Part shown: positions 54,758 to 64,000 of the stretch, piece after piece | How positions within the stretch are numbered: the first letter of the stretch is position 1 | Layout of the letters: each line of letters opens with the position of its first letter | Assembly: GCA_043806135.1 (NCBI GenBank) | Contig: JAZDHG010000064.1 | Coordinates: 6,535-70,534, forward strand | Length of the DNA stretch: 64,000 bases | Direction: 5' to 3' | From: Candidatus Omnitrophota bacterium | GTDB lineage: Bacteria > Omnitrophota > Gorgyraeia > B26-G9 | Made by a program: the position numbers and the translations under genes | Notes under the pieces: model-generated | Database searches by the model: none | What the model was told of the DNA's origin: nothing | Seen by the model: only the letters and a program-made list of their open reading frames with translations

Positions 54758-55716
54758 AGAGCTACCTCCTCTTTGTTTATCTTGCCATAAAACATATATA
54801 TAACTCCACCTACCATACTAATGGGAATCATCAATCCTAAATAAAGTATCGCGAGCGCCACAGCATATTCCGGAGCCATGAGATCCTTAAAAAAATATAC
54901 AAACGCCCCTTCTCTGACCCCTAAACCGTTTATAGAAGGCAGAATACTTACTATTTGGATAACCGGTATTAACACATAAAAAGTAGCTATGGGAATATTC
55001 AGTGATAAACTGCGGGACAATAGATAAACACAGAAAATAATCATAACCTGTCCGATGAACCCGTAAAAAAAAGCATTTAATGTTTTTGTTGATTTACTAA
55101 ACCGGGATATAGTATCAATTAGTTTAACTATCCAGTGTTCAAATTTTACCAGCTTAAACATTTGGCACAAGGAAATAATAGCTGAGGTTAATCCTTTAAA
55201 AAAAATCAGGCTGTAAATCCCGCTGACTATCAAAACAAAAGTCATGATTATAAGTTTGGCTGCGCTATTTGTTATAAGCTCGCCCTTAAACAATAAAGCC
55301 AATCCGCCCAGAATGGTTAAAGCCGTAAGCCCCAATATTCTATCCATCATTATAGACGAAAAAGGCTCTATGAAATTTTTTGCCCTCTTTTTAGCATAAT
55401 ACAGCTTAATTACATCTCCGCCAATGGTTGAAGGCATGAAATTATTAAAAAATATACCCAAAAAAGCAAGTTTTATCGACTCAAACCCTGAAAAGTAAAT
55501 TTCCTGGATCTCAAACAGGCATTTCAAACGAAAAGCATTAATAACTAGTACACAGATGCCAACAGTTAATGCCAGCAAGAATAATCCGCTATTAACCGAG
55601 CGAATCGTATCCAATAGTTCATCGAACCTACCCCGCATAAAAAAGCAGAGCATAAGAAACAATGCGGTACTGATAAAAATACGCAAATATAACAACCGAC
55701 TATTTTTACTTTTCAT
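54754..55716 (-). CDS. flippase-like (lysylphosphatidylglycerol synthase TM-region / UPF0104) integral membrane protein
   Basis: It has about 8 TM helices and is 320 aa. It is coupled to the Trm112-like gene. Confidence 0.45.
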   Translation of the reverse strand: MKSKNSRLLYLRIFISTALFLMLCFFMRGRFDELLDTIRSVNSGLFLLALTVGICVLVINAFRLKCLFEIQEIYFSGFESIKLAFLGIFFNNFMPSTIGGDVIKLYYAKKRAKNFIEPFSSIMMDRILGLTALTILGGLALLFKGELITNSAAKLIIMTFVLIVSGIYSLIFFKGLTSAIISLCQMFKLVKFEHWIVKLIDTISRFSKSTKTLNAFFYGFIGQVMIIFCVYLLSRSLSLNIPIATFYVLIPVIQIVSILPSINGLGVREGAFVYFFKDLMAPEYAVALAILYLGLMIPISMVGGVIYMFYGKINKEEVAL

Positions 55717-55758
55717 TTCCAGTTATGATCCCAGCAGTTTTTACTCTTTCTTCAAATA

Positions 55759-56238
55759 TTAATATGCGCGTGTACCTGTTTCAGAAAGCCATTTTTCAAA
55801 AAGAAGCGTGTTTTCCTTTCTCAATACTCCACCGATAATCTTAATCGCACTTTTGCCTGTTTTTTTTAATTTCTCATTGGAAATATTTAACTCATTAAAC
55901 CCGGACTCCTCAGCATCAGCAATACTCGCACCGTAAACAATCATGGATATTTTTGCCCAGTGGCAGGCGCTAAAACACATCGGACACGGCTCACATGTTG
56001 AATAAATAACCGCACCGGTCAGATCAATTGTTTTCAATTTGCGGCAGGCCTGGCGTATTGCCGCAATCTCCGCATGAGCAGTTATATCATTTGCACTCCA
56101 AACGATATTATGCGCACAGCTGATCACTTTATCGTCCTTTATAATGCAGGATCCAAAAGGGGTTTGCCCTTTGCCGATTCCTTTTTCAGCTTTTTTAATT
56201 GCTATTCGCATAAATTTTTCATGAACTGCTTTTCCCAT
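55759..56238 (-). CDS. tadA: tRNA-specific adenosine deaminase (CDA-fold nucleoside/nucleotide deaminase)
   Basis: It carries the zinc motifs HAEIAAI and CEPCPMC. The length is 159 aa. Confidence 0.75.
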   Translation of the reverse strand: MGKAVHEKFMRIAIKKAEKGIGKGQTPFGSCIIKDDKVISCAHNIVWSANDITAHAEIAAIRQACRKLKTIDLTGAVIYSTCEPCPMCFSACHWAKISMIVYGASIADAEESGFNELNISNEKLKKTGKSAIKIIGGVLRKENTLLFEKWLSETGTRAY

Positions 56239-56319
56239 ATTTTGTCATTTATCCTTATAGGTTAAAAGAGGAGAAATAATAATCGCAAGCACAACATTTT
56301 GTAAAATCAGAAGATTCAT

Positions 56320-56679
56320 CTATCCATAAAACCCGCAACGAGGACATTTCCAGTCATGAGATTTATCTCTCACAGGGTGTTTATCACTTTTCAGATTAGT
56401 ACTTCCGGCAAAATCGTGAAAATTTACGCATTCTTTATAGAAAGCTTCTTCCGGGGACTTGGCAATACTAAATTTAAAGAAAAGACAATCGCTTTTCCTG
56501 TATACCCAGTCCTTAAGTTCAGCATTAATATCTTCTTCTGATCGTCCCACATAAAGCACAATAAAATCATTTTCTGATATATATCCTACAGCATAATTAC
56601 CCGGAAGTCTCTGACCTACATTCTCATCGACTTTATCAGGAACAAGAACATAGGGTCCAGTCATATCAAGCGATGCCAT
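56320..56679 (-). CDS. hypothetical protein with GIY-YIG-like motif pair and C-terminal CxxC
   Basis: In AVGYISENDFIVLYVGRS the GYI and YVG tyrosines lie 11 residues apart, as in UvrC/Cho GIY-x10-11-YIG. It ends with the zinc-ribbon-like HDWKCPRCGFYG. Confidence 0.3.
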   Translation of the reverse strand: MASLDMTGPYVLVPDKVDENVGQRLPGNYAVGYISENDFIVLYVGRSEEDINAELKDWVYRKSDCLFFKFSIAKSPEEAFYKECVNFHDFAGSTNLKSDKHPVRDKSHDWKCPRCGFYG

Positions 56680-56713
56680 TTACTCCTCCTCATTGATTTT
56701 ATTTTTAAGTGCT

Positions 56714-57151
56714 TTAGAAAACACCTATTTCCTTCTGCGCTTTTTCCAAAGAGTCACAAGTATGAATTATAACTCTATGCGAATAGTGAAATAAGGACAT
56801 AATATTAAAACCGATATCTCTTGAATCCTTAGTGATTACGCGAACTACCTTAGATACATTATGCTTATTGCATAACTCCATTATTTCATCAATACTCTGA
56901 TGCGCATCAAAATCCATCTTTCTGAGCTCACTCAGATCGGTCAATAATTTAAACCCAGGCTTAAGTTCATGTATACTCATGGACAACTCGCCAAACAATT
57001 CCCTGCCCTGCTCAGTGTCAAAACATTCCTGCAAATGAAGCTCAAGAGTATTAAAAACAATATTAAGCTTTATTCTATACATTGTCCTCTCCCCTCTTAA
57101 TACTGGAGATTTTTCTATATTTATATTACCGCCATTAGCCCATTTTGACAA
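56714..57151 (-). CDS. hypothetical protein
   Basis: It is a 145-aa ORF with no recognised motif. Confidence 0.3.
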   Translation of the reverse strand: MSKWANGGNINIEKSPVLRGERTMYRIKLNIVFNTLELHLQECFDTEQGRELFGELSMSIHELKPGFKLLTDLSELRKMDFDAHQSIDEIMELCNKHNVSKVVRVITKDSRDIGFNIMSLFHYSHRVIIHTCDSLEKAQKEIGVF

Positions 57152-57375
57152 GTTAAAATTATGGTCATTCTTAATTAAGCTGAATATGTTTCTACCACTT
57201 AATAATTTGTAAGAATGCCCAATGATCAGGTTCTTTCGTTCAACTCAAACAAGAAAGAACCTAAAATTATTCTTCAAAAAAAGTAAAAAACCCCTGAAAA
57301 AAGCAAATTCTACATATTTTGAAAGCAGACTTTTTTTACTTGAACACAAGTTCAACCTGTCTTATAATAGTTTTC

Positions 57376-57948
57376 ATGGACAATACACTTAGAGCCTTTA
57401 TAGCCGTGGATATCACTTCAGAAATTCGCAAAGAGCTTATCCGCTTACAGTCAGAACTAAAAAAAAGCCTCAAAGGAAACATATCCTGGGTAGAACCGGA
57501 AAACATACATTTAACACTTAGATTTTTGGGCCAGATCAATGATGGGCAGCTGGAGGAAATTAAGAAGATAGTAGATGAAACTGCCAAGAAAATCAAGAAC
57601 TTCAACCTGGACTTAGGTGTTATAGGAGCTTTCCCTGATGTTTTAAATCCGCGGATATTATGGATTGGTATTAATTACGGGTTTAACCAGTTAAATGAGA
57701 TTAACGCTGAACTTGAGGATAAGCTGGAAACAATTAATTTTGCGGTGGGGGAAAAGTATTTTCATCCCCATCTTACAATTGCCCGTATAAAATCTATTGT
57801 GGGTGACAATATTCTGCCTGAAATAGCCAAAAAAATCCGGCCGAAGCAATTACTTGAAAACGTTGATAAACTTATCATCTACCAGAGTGAACTTACCCCG
57901 CAGGGAGCAAAGTATACAGAGTTATTTGAGGCAAAATTAGCTAAATAA
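57376..57948 (+). CDS. thpR: RNA 2',3'-cyclic phosphodiesterase (2H family, ThpR/LigT)
   Basis: It has the two H-x-T/S-x motifs, HLTLRFLG and HPHLTIAR. The start is placed at MDNTLRAFIAV, internal to the ORF-track start at 57319. Confidence 0.75.
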   Translation: MDNTLRAFIAVDITSEIRKELIRLQSELKKSLKGNISWVEPENIHLTLRFLGQINDGQLEEIKKIVDETAKKIKNFNLDLGVIGAFPDVLNPRILWIGINYGFNQLNEINAELEDKLETINFAVGEKYFHPHLTIARIKSIVGDNILPEIAKKIRPKQLLENVDKLIIYQSELTPQGAKYTELFEAKLAK

Positions 57949-57987
57949 CTTTCTATCCTCTGTTATGAAGCATGCCTTTTAAAAAAA

Positions 57988-58434
57988 TCAGATTAGAATT
58001 GAGCGGGTATATTCTATTATATTCAAAGCAGCAAGTGTATACAAAGCCGCGCAGATATCATCAAACATAATACCAAGACTACCCTCAAGAGCCTGTAATC
58101 TGTTTATAGGAAATGGTTTTATAATATCAAATACGCGAAACAGGAAAAACGCTGCCAGGGCATGGGTAAACGTAACCGGAATAAAACAGCAGCATATAAG
58201 CATTCCGCTCACCTCATCAATAACTATTTTGCGTGAATCCTTTTCTTTCAGTACTTTTTCCGCACGCCCGCAGGTAAAAAAACCCATAAAAACTATCAAC
58301 ACCGTTAAAGTTTGTAGGTAAAAAGAGTTTCCTTTAAGCAGAAAAAAAATCAGCAATCCCCCGATACTGGCATAAGTACCGGACGCAATCGGCAAATACC
58401 CTATGTAGAAGAAACTGGCAATTAATTTAACCAT
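57988..58434 (-). CDS. pgpA: phosphatidylglycerophosphatase A
   Basis: It shows the PgpA family membrane topology with FFYIGYLPIASGTYAS. The length is 148 aa. Confidence 0.7.
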   Translation of the reverse strand: MVKLIASFFYIGYLPIASGTYASIGGLLIFFLLKGNSFYLQTLTVLIVFMGFFTCGRAEKVLKEKDSRKIVIDEVSGMLICCCFIPVTFTHALAAFFLFRVFDIIKPFPINRLQALEGSLGIMFDDICAALYTLAALNIIEYTRSILI

Positions 58435-59017
58435 CTTTTAAGTCCCAGAATATATTTCTATTTTTTATAAAATAAGAAATCCCTGATATAAGAGTTAATG
58501 CGACAGTAATCAGCATCAATATATATATGCTGCTATTCAGAAAAATCTCATACTCATCTTTCCAAAACGAAAGACCGGCCGACCCTGCTTCTTTGATAAT
58601 AATAACGCCAAGTATAAAAAAAATTGACACCATCTGTGAAACTGTTTTGTGTTTCCCCGCCATTGAAGCAGCTAAAACCTTACCCTTACTTACTCCAATG
58701 ATCCTTATTCCTGTTATTATCAACTCTCTGAGTATAATCACAACAACCATCCATGCCGGAACTAAACGCATCTCCACAAAAGCCAGAAACGCCGTCATTA
58801 CAAGAATTTTATCGGCAATCGGATCAAGCAGTTTTCCTAAGTCAGTGATCAGATTGTATTTGCGGGCAACATATCCGTCATAAAAATCTGTGAGACAGGC
58901 AATAGTAAAAGCAACCAGCGCCAAGACCTTGCCCAGCAATCCCGGGGAAAAAAGGAGAAACATAAAAACAAAAGTTAAAAAAATACGCAAAATAGTCAGT
59001 CTGTTAGGTAAATTCAT
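58427..59017 (-). CDS. pgsA: CDP-diacylglycerol--glycerol-3-phosphate 3-phosphatidyltransferase
   Basis: It carries the CDP-alcohol phosphatidyltransferase motif DFYDGYVARKYNLITDLGKLLDPIADK (DG..AR...G...D...D). Confidence 0.8.
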   Translation of the reverse strand: MNLPNRLTILRIFLTFVFMFLLFSPGLLGKVLALVAFTIACLTDFYDGYVARKYNLITDLGKLLDPIADKILVMTAFLAFVEMRLVPAWMVVVIILRELIITGIRIIGVSKGKVLAASMAGKHKTVSQMVSIFFILGVIIIKEAGSAGLSFWKDEYEIFLNSSIYILMLITVALTLISGISYFIKNRNIFWDLKDG

Positions 59018-60330
59018 ACTTTTTCTCCAGTCAAATCGTAAAGAATATTATCTGTTATTAATACTGTTTCCATACTTCCAACTTTTAAATCTTTGCCTTT
59101 GACATAAACCAACCCATCAACATCAGGGGCATCGTATTGAGTCCGCCCGCTGGCCATCCCCCCTCCTACGATATTTTCAATAAGCACTTCCATTTTTCTG
59201 CCCACAAGAGCTGCGTTACTGCGCTCAACGATTTTCTGCTGCATGCGCATGAGCTTATCCCGCCTTTTGTTCTTTATACGCTGCGGAATTTGTCCTTTGA
59301 GTAAAACTGCCGCGGTATTTTCCTCCGCCGAATATGTAAAGACCCCCAAGCGTTCAAATTTCACATCCGCAGCATATTCATAAAGCTCCCTAAACTCAAG
59401 CTCAGTTTCTTGAGGAAAACCTACGATCAGGGTAGTACGCAATACAGAATCAGGGATAATCCTTCTTATATCGACTATCAGCTTTTTAATACTTGCTGCT
59501 TTTACTTTACGTTTCATCGATTTCAATATTCTGTCATTTATATGCTGAATAGGCAGATCGATATACCTGCATATTTTAGGTTCATCCCGTATAACCTTTA
59601 GCAGTGAAACGTTTAAATGCCTGGGATGTAAATATAACAGCCTGATCCATTGCAGCTTTTTTATTTTTACCAGTTTTTTTAAAAGCTGTTCAAGCGCATA
59701 CTTTTTATATATATCATAACCATAAAAAGTTGTATCCTGGCTTATCAGGTTAACCTCTTTTATGCCCCGTTCTGCCATATTACGCACTTCATTTAATATA
59801 GATTCCATGCGTCTTGAACGAAACACCCCTCTTATCTGAGGAATAACACAATAACTGCAGCCATTATCACAACCATCCGCAATTTTCACGTAAGCATAAT
59901 GCTCAGGGGTCAGGTATATACGCGGCGTATTATGCTTATATAGATAGTGATTGGGGCCTATATTTACAACCTGCCTATTCTTGAACAAGTTGCCTATCGT
60001 AGCTGCTATCTTATCGATGTTCCCAGTCCCCAAAAATCCGTCAACCTCCTCAAACAAAGAAGCAAGCTCCTTGCCATAACGCTGCGGCAGGCATCCTGAT
60101 ACGATGATTTTTTTTAGTTTGCCATGCTTTTTCAAATTAACCAGTTTAAAAACAGTATCGATTGCCTCTTTTTTTGCATCTTTTATAAAAGCACAGGTAT
60201 TAACAATCGCCACATCACAGCCAACCGGATTTTCTTTTATTGCAAACCCTGACTTGCGCAGAAAACCAAGCATTATTTCCGCATCGACAAGGTTTTTTGA
60301 ACAGCCAAGGTTAATTAATGCTACTTTCAT
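59014..60330 (-). CDS. rimO: ribosomal protein S12 methylthiotransferase RimO
   Basis: The RimO-type N-terminus MKVALINLGCSKNLVDAE is followed by a radical SAM core and a C-terminal TRAM domain. The length is 438 aa. Confidence 0.75.
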   Translation of the reverse strand: MKVALINLGCSKNLVDAEIMLGFLRKSGFAIKENPVGCDVAIVNTCAFIKDAKKEAIDTVFKLVNLKKHGKLKKIIVSGCLPQRYGKELASLFEEVDGFLGTGNIDKIAATIGNLFKNRQVVNIGPNHYLYKHNTPRIYLTPEHYAYVKIADGCDNGCSYCVIPQIRGVFRSRRMESILNEVRNMAERGIKEVNLISQDTTFYGYDIYKKYALEQLLKKLVKIKKLQWIRLLYLHPRHLNVSLLKVIRDEPKICRYIDLPIQHINDRILKSMKRKVKAASIKKLIVDIRRIIPDSVLRTTLIVGFPQETELEFRELYEYAADVKFERLGVFTYSAEENTAAVLLKGQIPQRIKNKRRDKLMRMQQKIVERSNAALVGRKMEVLIENIVGGGMASGRTQYDAPDVDGLVYVKGKDLKVGSMETVLITDNILYDLTGEKV

Positions 60331-60463
60331 TTGTCTTTCCGTATACTTAAATTTTAAAAGCGCAGAATATTTTTATTATAGAATTTTATTTTCAAAAAAC
60401 GAAGGTTAAAAGACTTATAGTATCCAGGCTGGCTTTTAGAAAATTTAGCTGCAATTCTTGCTG

Positions 60464-62725
60464 TTATTCTTCTTCCTGTTGCGAGAAAACAGCATCATCC
60501 CAGCTATCAATAAGAATATCTCTTGCTTTTGATCCTCGGAATGGACCGACAATACCATCGTCCTCCATCATATCAATCAAACGTGCAGCACGTGCATATC
60601 CAAGTCGTAGTCTTCTTTGCAGCATTGAAACAGACGCCTGTTTAGTATTAATAACAAGCTTTGCTGCTTCTTCATACAAATCGTCTTTTTTACTTCTGCT
60701 TTTACTGTAGAATATTTTTTCCTGCTCTTTTAATATATCCTCTGTATAAACAGCCGCTCTCTGTTCCTTGGCGAATTGAACCACTTGCTCGATTTCCTTA
60801 TCTCCTACAAGGCAGGATTGCGCTCTTACCAGTTTGAAATTCCCCGGTTTCAGGAATAACATATCGCCGCGTCCTAAAAGTTTATCTGCCCCGTTCATAT
60901 CCAAAACCGTACGTGAATCTATTTTACTTGCTACCCTAAAGGAAATACGTGCAGGAAAGTTCGCCTTAATAAGACCGGTTATAACATCTACAGAAGGCCT
61001 CTGCGTAGCCAGGATCATATGTATACCTATAGCGCGCGAAAGCTGAGCCAAGCGTGTAATTGCCCCTTCAACCTCTTTAGGCGCCTGCAGCATCATGTCG
61101 GCCAACTCATCTATTATGATCACAATATAAGGCATTTTTTCAAGAGGTATCTTTTTATCACCATCGGTAATTTCCTTAAGTCCCTCATCTATTTTATTAT
61201 TATAGCCTACTATATTACGTACCCCTACCTTTGCAAATAATTTATAGCGATCTTCCATTTCAGTAACCGCCCAATCAAGAGCGCTAGCAGCTTTTTTTAT
61301 ATCATTAACAACCGGACAAATCAAATGCGGCAATCCGTTATACATAGCCATTTCTACCATTTTAGGGTCAATCAGGATCATTTTTACTTCCTCCGGAGAG
61401 GCCTGGAATAAAATACTCATGATCAGAGCATTAACACAAACTGTTTTTCCGGCACCGGTAGTCCCGGCGATCAGTAAATGCGGCATTGCTGCAAGGTCAG
61501 TTACAAGCGGCGTCCCGCTGATGTTTTTTCCCAAAGCTAGAGTTAATTTTGATTCCGAATCCTGGAACTCATTTGTTTCCAATACTTCCTTTAGATAAAC
61601 CAATACCGCTTTTATGTTCGGTACATCAATGCCGACAGTTCCTTTGCCGGGGATAGGAGCGACGATGTGCACGCTCGGAGCTTTTAAATTTAACGCAATA
61701 TCATCACCCAGGTTCATTATTTGATTTATTTTCACCCCGGGAGCCGGCTGCAATTCATAGCGGGTGATAACAGGTCCCTGTTCAACTTCAACAACTTTAA
61801 CCTCGATATTAAAATCCCTGAGTGTTTCTTCAAGAATCTTAGAATTACCCTCAAGGTCATCTTTGATCGTTCTTTCTTCAATCGGAGGAGGTGTAGTAAG
61901 CAAATCAAGAGGCGGCAGTTTATAATCTCCCACAAATTTCTGAGTTTGCACTCGGGCAGGCTTTTTATTTGCCTGAAGGAATTTAGGCTTCTTTATTACA
62001 AGTTTGGGTTTTCGCACTGATTGGATAAGTTCCTCTTTCTCTTCTTCAAATTCATCAAGTCCTTTTGCCATTTTATTTTTGGCAAACAAATCCTGACCAT
62101 TATTTTTTACCCCAAGTTTCCTGATTTTAGGCCTAACTATGGTCTGCTGTACAGAGCGGATCTTCTGCAGTCCTTTAAATAAAGAGCCATTTAAAAACCC
62201 TGCTATAGTTCTGGAAAGACGCAGCAGAACCGGTAAAACGAGGAATTCTGTAGCTAATAAAATTGACAGCACAAATATTGTGCCCAGGATCACCATTGTG
62301 CCTACTTCACCGAAGTATCTGCTAAGGGTCAAAGATGTGTAAAATCCGACTACGCCTCCTGTTGCCACTCTGCTCACATTATAAGAGGAAGTCAAAGTGC
62401 TCATTATAGCCGAGAAAGACCAGATCGCGAACAAAAATCCGAAAAATTTAGTATAAAATTTATGAGTGATCCGCCCTATTATTTTTCCTACTGCCCACAA
62501 ACAAAAAAGAAGCGGTATAAGATAAGCGCTCCATCCGACAGAAATAAGCAGCGCCCAAACCAGATAGGCACCTACGTATCCGCTGAAATTTTTTATATGT
62601 AAATTTGGATTGGATGTGTTAAAAGGAATATCGGTCGGATCATAAGAAAGAAAACTTATAAGCAGAAAAGCGCATATTCCAATAAGGACAACAAACCATA
62701 TTATCCTTACTTGTTTTTCACTCAT
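60464..62725 (-). CDS. ftsK: DNA translocase FtsK
   Basis: It has an N-terminal four-TM domain, a linker, a motor domain with the Walker A motif GTTGAGKT and a C-terminal gamma winged-helix domain. Confidence 0.85.
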   Translation of the reverse strand: MSEKQVRIIWFVVLIGICAFLLISFLSYDPTDIPFNTSNPNLHIKNFSGYVGAYLVWALLISVGWSAYLIPLLFCLWAVGKIIGRITHKFYTKFFGFLFAIWSFSAIMSTLTSSYNVSRVATGGVVGFYTSLTLSRYFGEVGTMVILGTIFVLSILLATEFLVLPVLLRLSRTIAGFLNGSLFKGLQKIRSVQQTIVRPKIRKLGVKNNGQDLFAKNKMAKGLDEFEEEKEELIQSVRKPKLVIKKPKFLQANKKPARVQTQKFVGDYKLPPLDLLTTPPPIEERTIKDDLEGNSKILEETLRDFNIEVKVVEVEQGPVITRYELQPAPGVKINQIMNLGDDIALNLKAPSVHIVAPIPGKGTVGIDVPNIKAVLVYLKEVLETNEFQDSESKLTLALGKNISGTPLVTDLAAMPHLLIAGTTGAGKTVCVNALIMSILFQASPEEVKMILIDPKMVEMAMYNGLPHLICPVVNDIKKAASALDWAVTEMEDRYKLFAKVGVRNIVGYNNKIDEGLKEITDGDKKIPLEKMPYIVIIIDELADMMLQAPKEVEGAITRLAQLSRAIGIHMILATQRPSVDVITGLIKANFPARISFRVASKIDSRTVLDMNGADKLLGRGDMLFLKPGNFKLVRAQSCLVGDKEIEQVVQFAKEQRAAVYTEDILKEQEKIFYSKSRSKKDDLYEEAAKLVINTKQASVSMLQRRLRLGYARAARLIDMMEDDGIVGPFRGSKARDILIDSWDDAVFSQQEEE

Positions 62726-62728
62726 AGA

Positions 62729-63187
62729 TCATACTCCCGTATGCCCGAAGCCACCCGCATTGCGTACAGTCTTGTCCAGTTCATCAACAACTTTAAATTC
62801 TGCCTGGGTAACCTTATTGATAACCATCTGAGCAATACGTGAACCCCGTTTTATCGCATATGCACTGGTGCCGAAATTAATCATTATAATATTGATTAAC
62901 CCGCGGTAATCAGCATCAATGGTGCCGGGACTGTTTACTATCCCAATACCGTGTTTTATAGCCAAGCCGCTGCGCGGTCTGATCTGAGCCTCATACCCCA
63001 CAGGCAAGCTGATATAGATCCCGGCCGAGACAAGTTTAATCTGGCCGGGTTCAAGCGTAGTTTCCCCATTAACATCAGCATATAAATCCATGCCCGCCGA
63101 TCCGCTGCTCATATACTCTGGAAGCGGTAAATCTTCACAGGTATCCTTTTTCTTTATATTTATAACTACTTTATCAATCACTTGCAT
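62729..63187 (-). CDS. dut: dUTP diphosphatase
   Basis: It carries the dUTPase motifs [12 protein letters not shown] and GTIDADYRG. The length is 152 aa. Confidence 0.85.
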   Translation of the reverse strand: MQVIDKVVINIKKKDTCEDLPLPEYMSSGSAGMDLYADVNGETTLEPGQIKLVSAGIYISLPVGYEAQIRPRSGLAIKHGIGIVNSPGTIDADYRGLINIIMINFGTSAYAIKRGSRIAQMVINKVTQAEFKVVDELDKTVRNAGGFGHTGV

Positions 63188-64000
63188 TGCTTTGCTTTTC
63201 CTCTAGGCTCGCTTTTTTTATGCTCAGATTGACCCTTTTCATATTGTCTATTTCAATCACTTTTACAGTAACTTGATCTCCAACTTTTACAACATCTTCG
63301 ACATTCTTAACAAACTTGTTGGACAACTCTGAAACATGAATAAGCCCTTCTTTATTAGGTAAAATTTCGCAGAAAGCTCCAAAGTTCATGAGCCTTGTTA
63401 TCTTACCTTTATAAATCTTGCCTACTTCCGCTTCCGCGATCAAAGACATGATTATATCAATTGCCTTTTTTGAAGCAACAGAATCCGCTGAAGCAACAGC
63501 AACTGTCCCATCATCTTCAATATCTATTTTAACCCCTGTTTCAGCAACTATCTGCTTAATTACCTTGCCTCCAGGGCCGATGATATCTTTGATCTTGTCC
63601 TGCGGCACAGTTATAATCGTGATTCTAGGAGCAAATTCAGAAAGTTCAGCCCGGGGCTTATCAATAACTTCCAGAATTTTTTCTAAGACAAAAAGTCTGG
63701 CAACTTTTGCCTGCGCCAAGGCCTTTTTAAGGATATCTATATTTATTCCCTCTATCTTTGAGTCAAGCTGAATAGCCGTAACCCCTTTTTTAGTGCCGGT
63801 AACTTTAAAATCCATATCACCTAAATGATCTTCCAAGCCCAGGATATCCGTCAGTACTGCCACGTTATCACCTTCTTTGATAAGGCCCATGGCGATTCCA
63901 GCTACCGGAGCATCGATTGGAACGCCTGCATCCATCAAAGATAAAGTTCCCGCGCAAACTGTCGCCATGCTCGAAGATCCGTTAGACTCTAAAATTTCAG
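63174..64000 (-). CDS. pnp: polyribonucleotide nucleotidyltransferase, C-terminal part (second RNase PH, KH and S1 domains); the 5' part lies beyond the window
   Basis: The KH motif ([12 protein letters not shown]) and S1 domain ([20 protein letters not shown]) are present. The frame stays open upstream to the window edge. Confidence 0.85.
   Translation of the reverse strand, partial: EILESNGSSSMATVCAGTLSLMDAGVPIDAPVAGIAMGLIKEGDNVAVLTDILGLEDHLGDMDFKVTGTKKGVTAIQLDSKIEGINIDILKKALAQAKVARLFVLEKILEVIDKPRAELSEFAPRITIITVPQDKIKDIIGPGGKVIKQIVAETGVKIDIEDDGTVAVASADSVASKKAIDIIMSLIAEAEVGKIYKGKITRLMNFGAFCEILPNKEGLIHVSELSNKFVKNVEDVVKVGDQVTVKVIEIDNMKRVNLSIKKASLEEKQSNASD

Overview
This 64 kb window is a low-GC bacterial chromosomal segment, and almost every gene sits on the minus strand. 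Many neighbouring genes overlap by 4 nt (ATGA), which suggests long co-translated operons. There are no transposases, integrases, CRISPR arrays, rRNA or tRNA genes.

The window holds five blocks:
(i) A DNA-metabolism-like cluster: SurE, an HhH-GPD glycosylase-like protein, a lone AmmeMemoRadiSam-type radical SAM enzyme, an archaeal/eukaryotic-type ATP-dependent DNA ligase and a NUDIX hydrolase.
(ii) The dTDP-rhamnose genes rfbB/rfbD, diverging from a large GH94-like glycoside phosphorylase gene that has a near-consensus sigma-70 promoter.
(iii) A housekeeping run: argS, lpd plus a free-standing lipoyl-domain protein plus Lrp, a frameshifted HD-GYP gene, rsfS, nadD, proA, proB, obg, rpmA, rplU and rng.
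(iv) A complete type IV pilus system in two blocks: pilMNOPQ, and a pilT-like / pilT / pilB / pilS / pilR / pilC operon headed by a HAMP-only membrane protein. This is followed by a near-consensus sigma-54 promoter driving three tandem paralogous pilin genes, which end in a bidirectional terminator hairpin.
(v) A polysaccharide locus: asnB-like amidotransferase, a GT4, a GT2, a methyltransferase-GT4 fusion, a Wzt with an extended C-terminal domain, and Wzm. It carries a GbsR/MarR-like regulator with a 14-bp perfect palindromic operator, and a Trm112-like gene under 60 aa (absent from the ORF track) coupled to a flippase-like membrane protein.

After these come tadA, two hypotheticals, thpR, pgpA, pgsA, rimO, ftsK, dut and the 3' part of pnp.

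The most unusual sequence-level observations are a degenerate ~12-nt GTTAC-rich direct-repeat array between asnB and the pil ATPase operon, a 307-nt structured spacer splitting proB from proA, and a 9-nt in-frame triplet repeat at the first pilin start. Every functional call rests on motif recognition by eye; no database search was run.
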